Position numbers and translations under genes: made by a program
Shown: one piece after another, positions 63,584-64,000 of the stretch
Position numbering within the stretch: the first letter of the stretch is position 1
How the letters are laid out: each line of letters opens with the position of its first letter
NCBI GenBank assembly: GCA_963793865.1
Contig: CAWCBP010000001.1
Coordinates: 64,001 to 128,000 of the forward strand
Direction of reading: 5' to 3'
DNA length: 64,000 bases
Origin: an uncultured delta proteobacterium
Lineage (GTDB): Bacteria > Desulfobacterota > WTBG01
The notes under the pieces: model-generated
Told to the model about the DNA's origin: nothing
The model's input: the letters and a program-made list of their open reading frames with translations, nothing else
Databases searched by the model: none

Positions 63584-63680
63584 ATTGCGGATTTTGGAAT
63601 GGGGATTGTGGAAAGCAAAGAACTTCTTGCAACCCGGCCCATATTATATTTGTCAAATATAGCTGTCCCAAACCATAAGG

Positions 63681-63760
63681 TGAGGGAATAATGAAAACCC
63701 ACAAGAGACATAACCCCACTTTTTCTCAGATGGAGAAATCTGAGAAGGTGGGGTTTGTTT
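63681..63760 (+). promoter_or_regulatory. Conserved leader, last complete copy
   Basis: GAGGG SD, ATG at 63691, hairpin ACATAACCCCACTTTTTCTCAGAT-GGAGAA-ATCTGAGAAGGTGGGGTTTGT at 63708-63758. Confidence 0.7.
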
Positions 63761-63780
63761 TGGGAAGGGGATGTAACTTT

Positions 63781-64000
63781 ATGAAAAAGGTTATTTATTT
63801 GCTGGTAGTTTTGTGTGCTGCGGGCATTGCCACAACTCCCCACATGACTCTTGCTTCATGGTGCATTGAGACAGCGGATGCACCAAAATATTTTGGTCTT
63901 TCTGGTCCAAGGGCAATAGCCGTTGACGAAAGTAATAATCCCCATATTGCTTACGGAGGTGACCACCTCTACTATGCCTACTATGATGGGAACGCCTGGC
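63781..64000 (+). CDS. 5' part of a further secreted propeller-repeat protein (runs off the window)
   Basis: MKKVIYLLVVLCAAG signal, then WCIETAD..AIAVDESNNPHIAYGGDHLYYAYYDGNAW. Confidence 0.7.
   Translation, partial: MKKVIYLLVVLCAAGIATTPHMTLASWCIETADAPKYFGLSGPRAIAVDESNNPHIAYGGDHLYYAYYDGNAW

Noticed and set aside
48238..63758. Leader hairpins as integron attC sites (they begin ACATAAC and some end near GTT)
   Set aside because: No integron integrase in the window. The stem continues directly after AAC with no unpaired central spacer, two complete copies lack the GTT, and the elements lie at gene 5' ends well away from the previous stop. Not fully excluded without running IntegronFinder.

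Overview
Bacterial chromosomal window, most consistent with an anaerobic deltaproteobacterium (Desulfobacterota-like; inferred from gene content only). Bases 1-48,000 hold mostly housekeeping and regulatory genes: an initiator tRNA-Met, an aminotransferase/hom/apgM operon, pilD with two-component genes, Mo- and FAD-oxidoreductases, an LPS inner-core/lipid A cluster and an AmmeMemoRadiSam enzyme, with GTAG-type REP palindromes between genes. Many single-base frameshifts in conserved genes suggest long-read indel errors. Bases 48,000-64,000 are a visibly more AT-rich, co-oriented array of large secreted proteins. They combine different N-terminal modules (7-bladed beta-propellers, DUF1566/Lcl domains, TSP3 Ca-binding repeats, a shared Cys-rich middle domain) with one conserved Cys-rich, duplicated dockerin-like C-terminal tail, which also occurs on a metallophosphoesterase at 25.7 kb. 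Most array genes are preceded by a conserved leader that I do not recognise: SD plus a start codon exactly 6 codons before a covarying ~52-nt hairpin with a purine-rich loop (4 complete and 2 half copies). One array gene has been replaced by an IR-flanked RAYT (HUH) element. The leader and the dockerin-like tail family together are the best candidate for an undescribed system.
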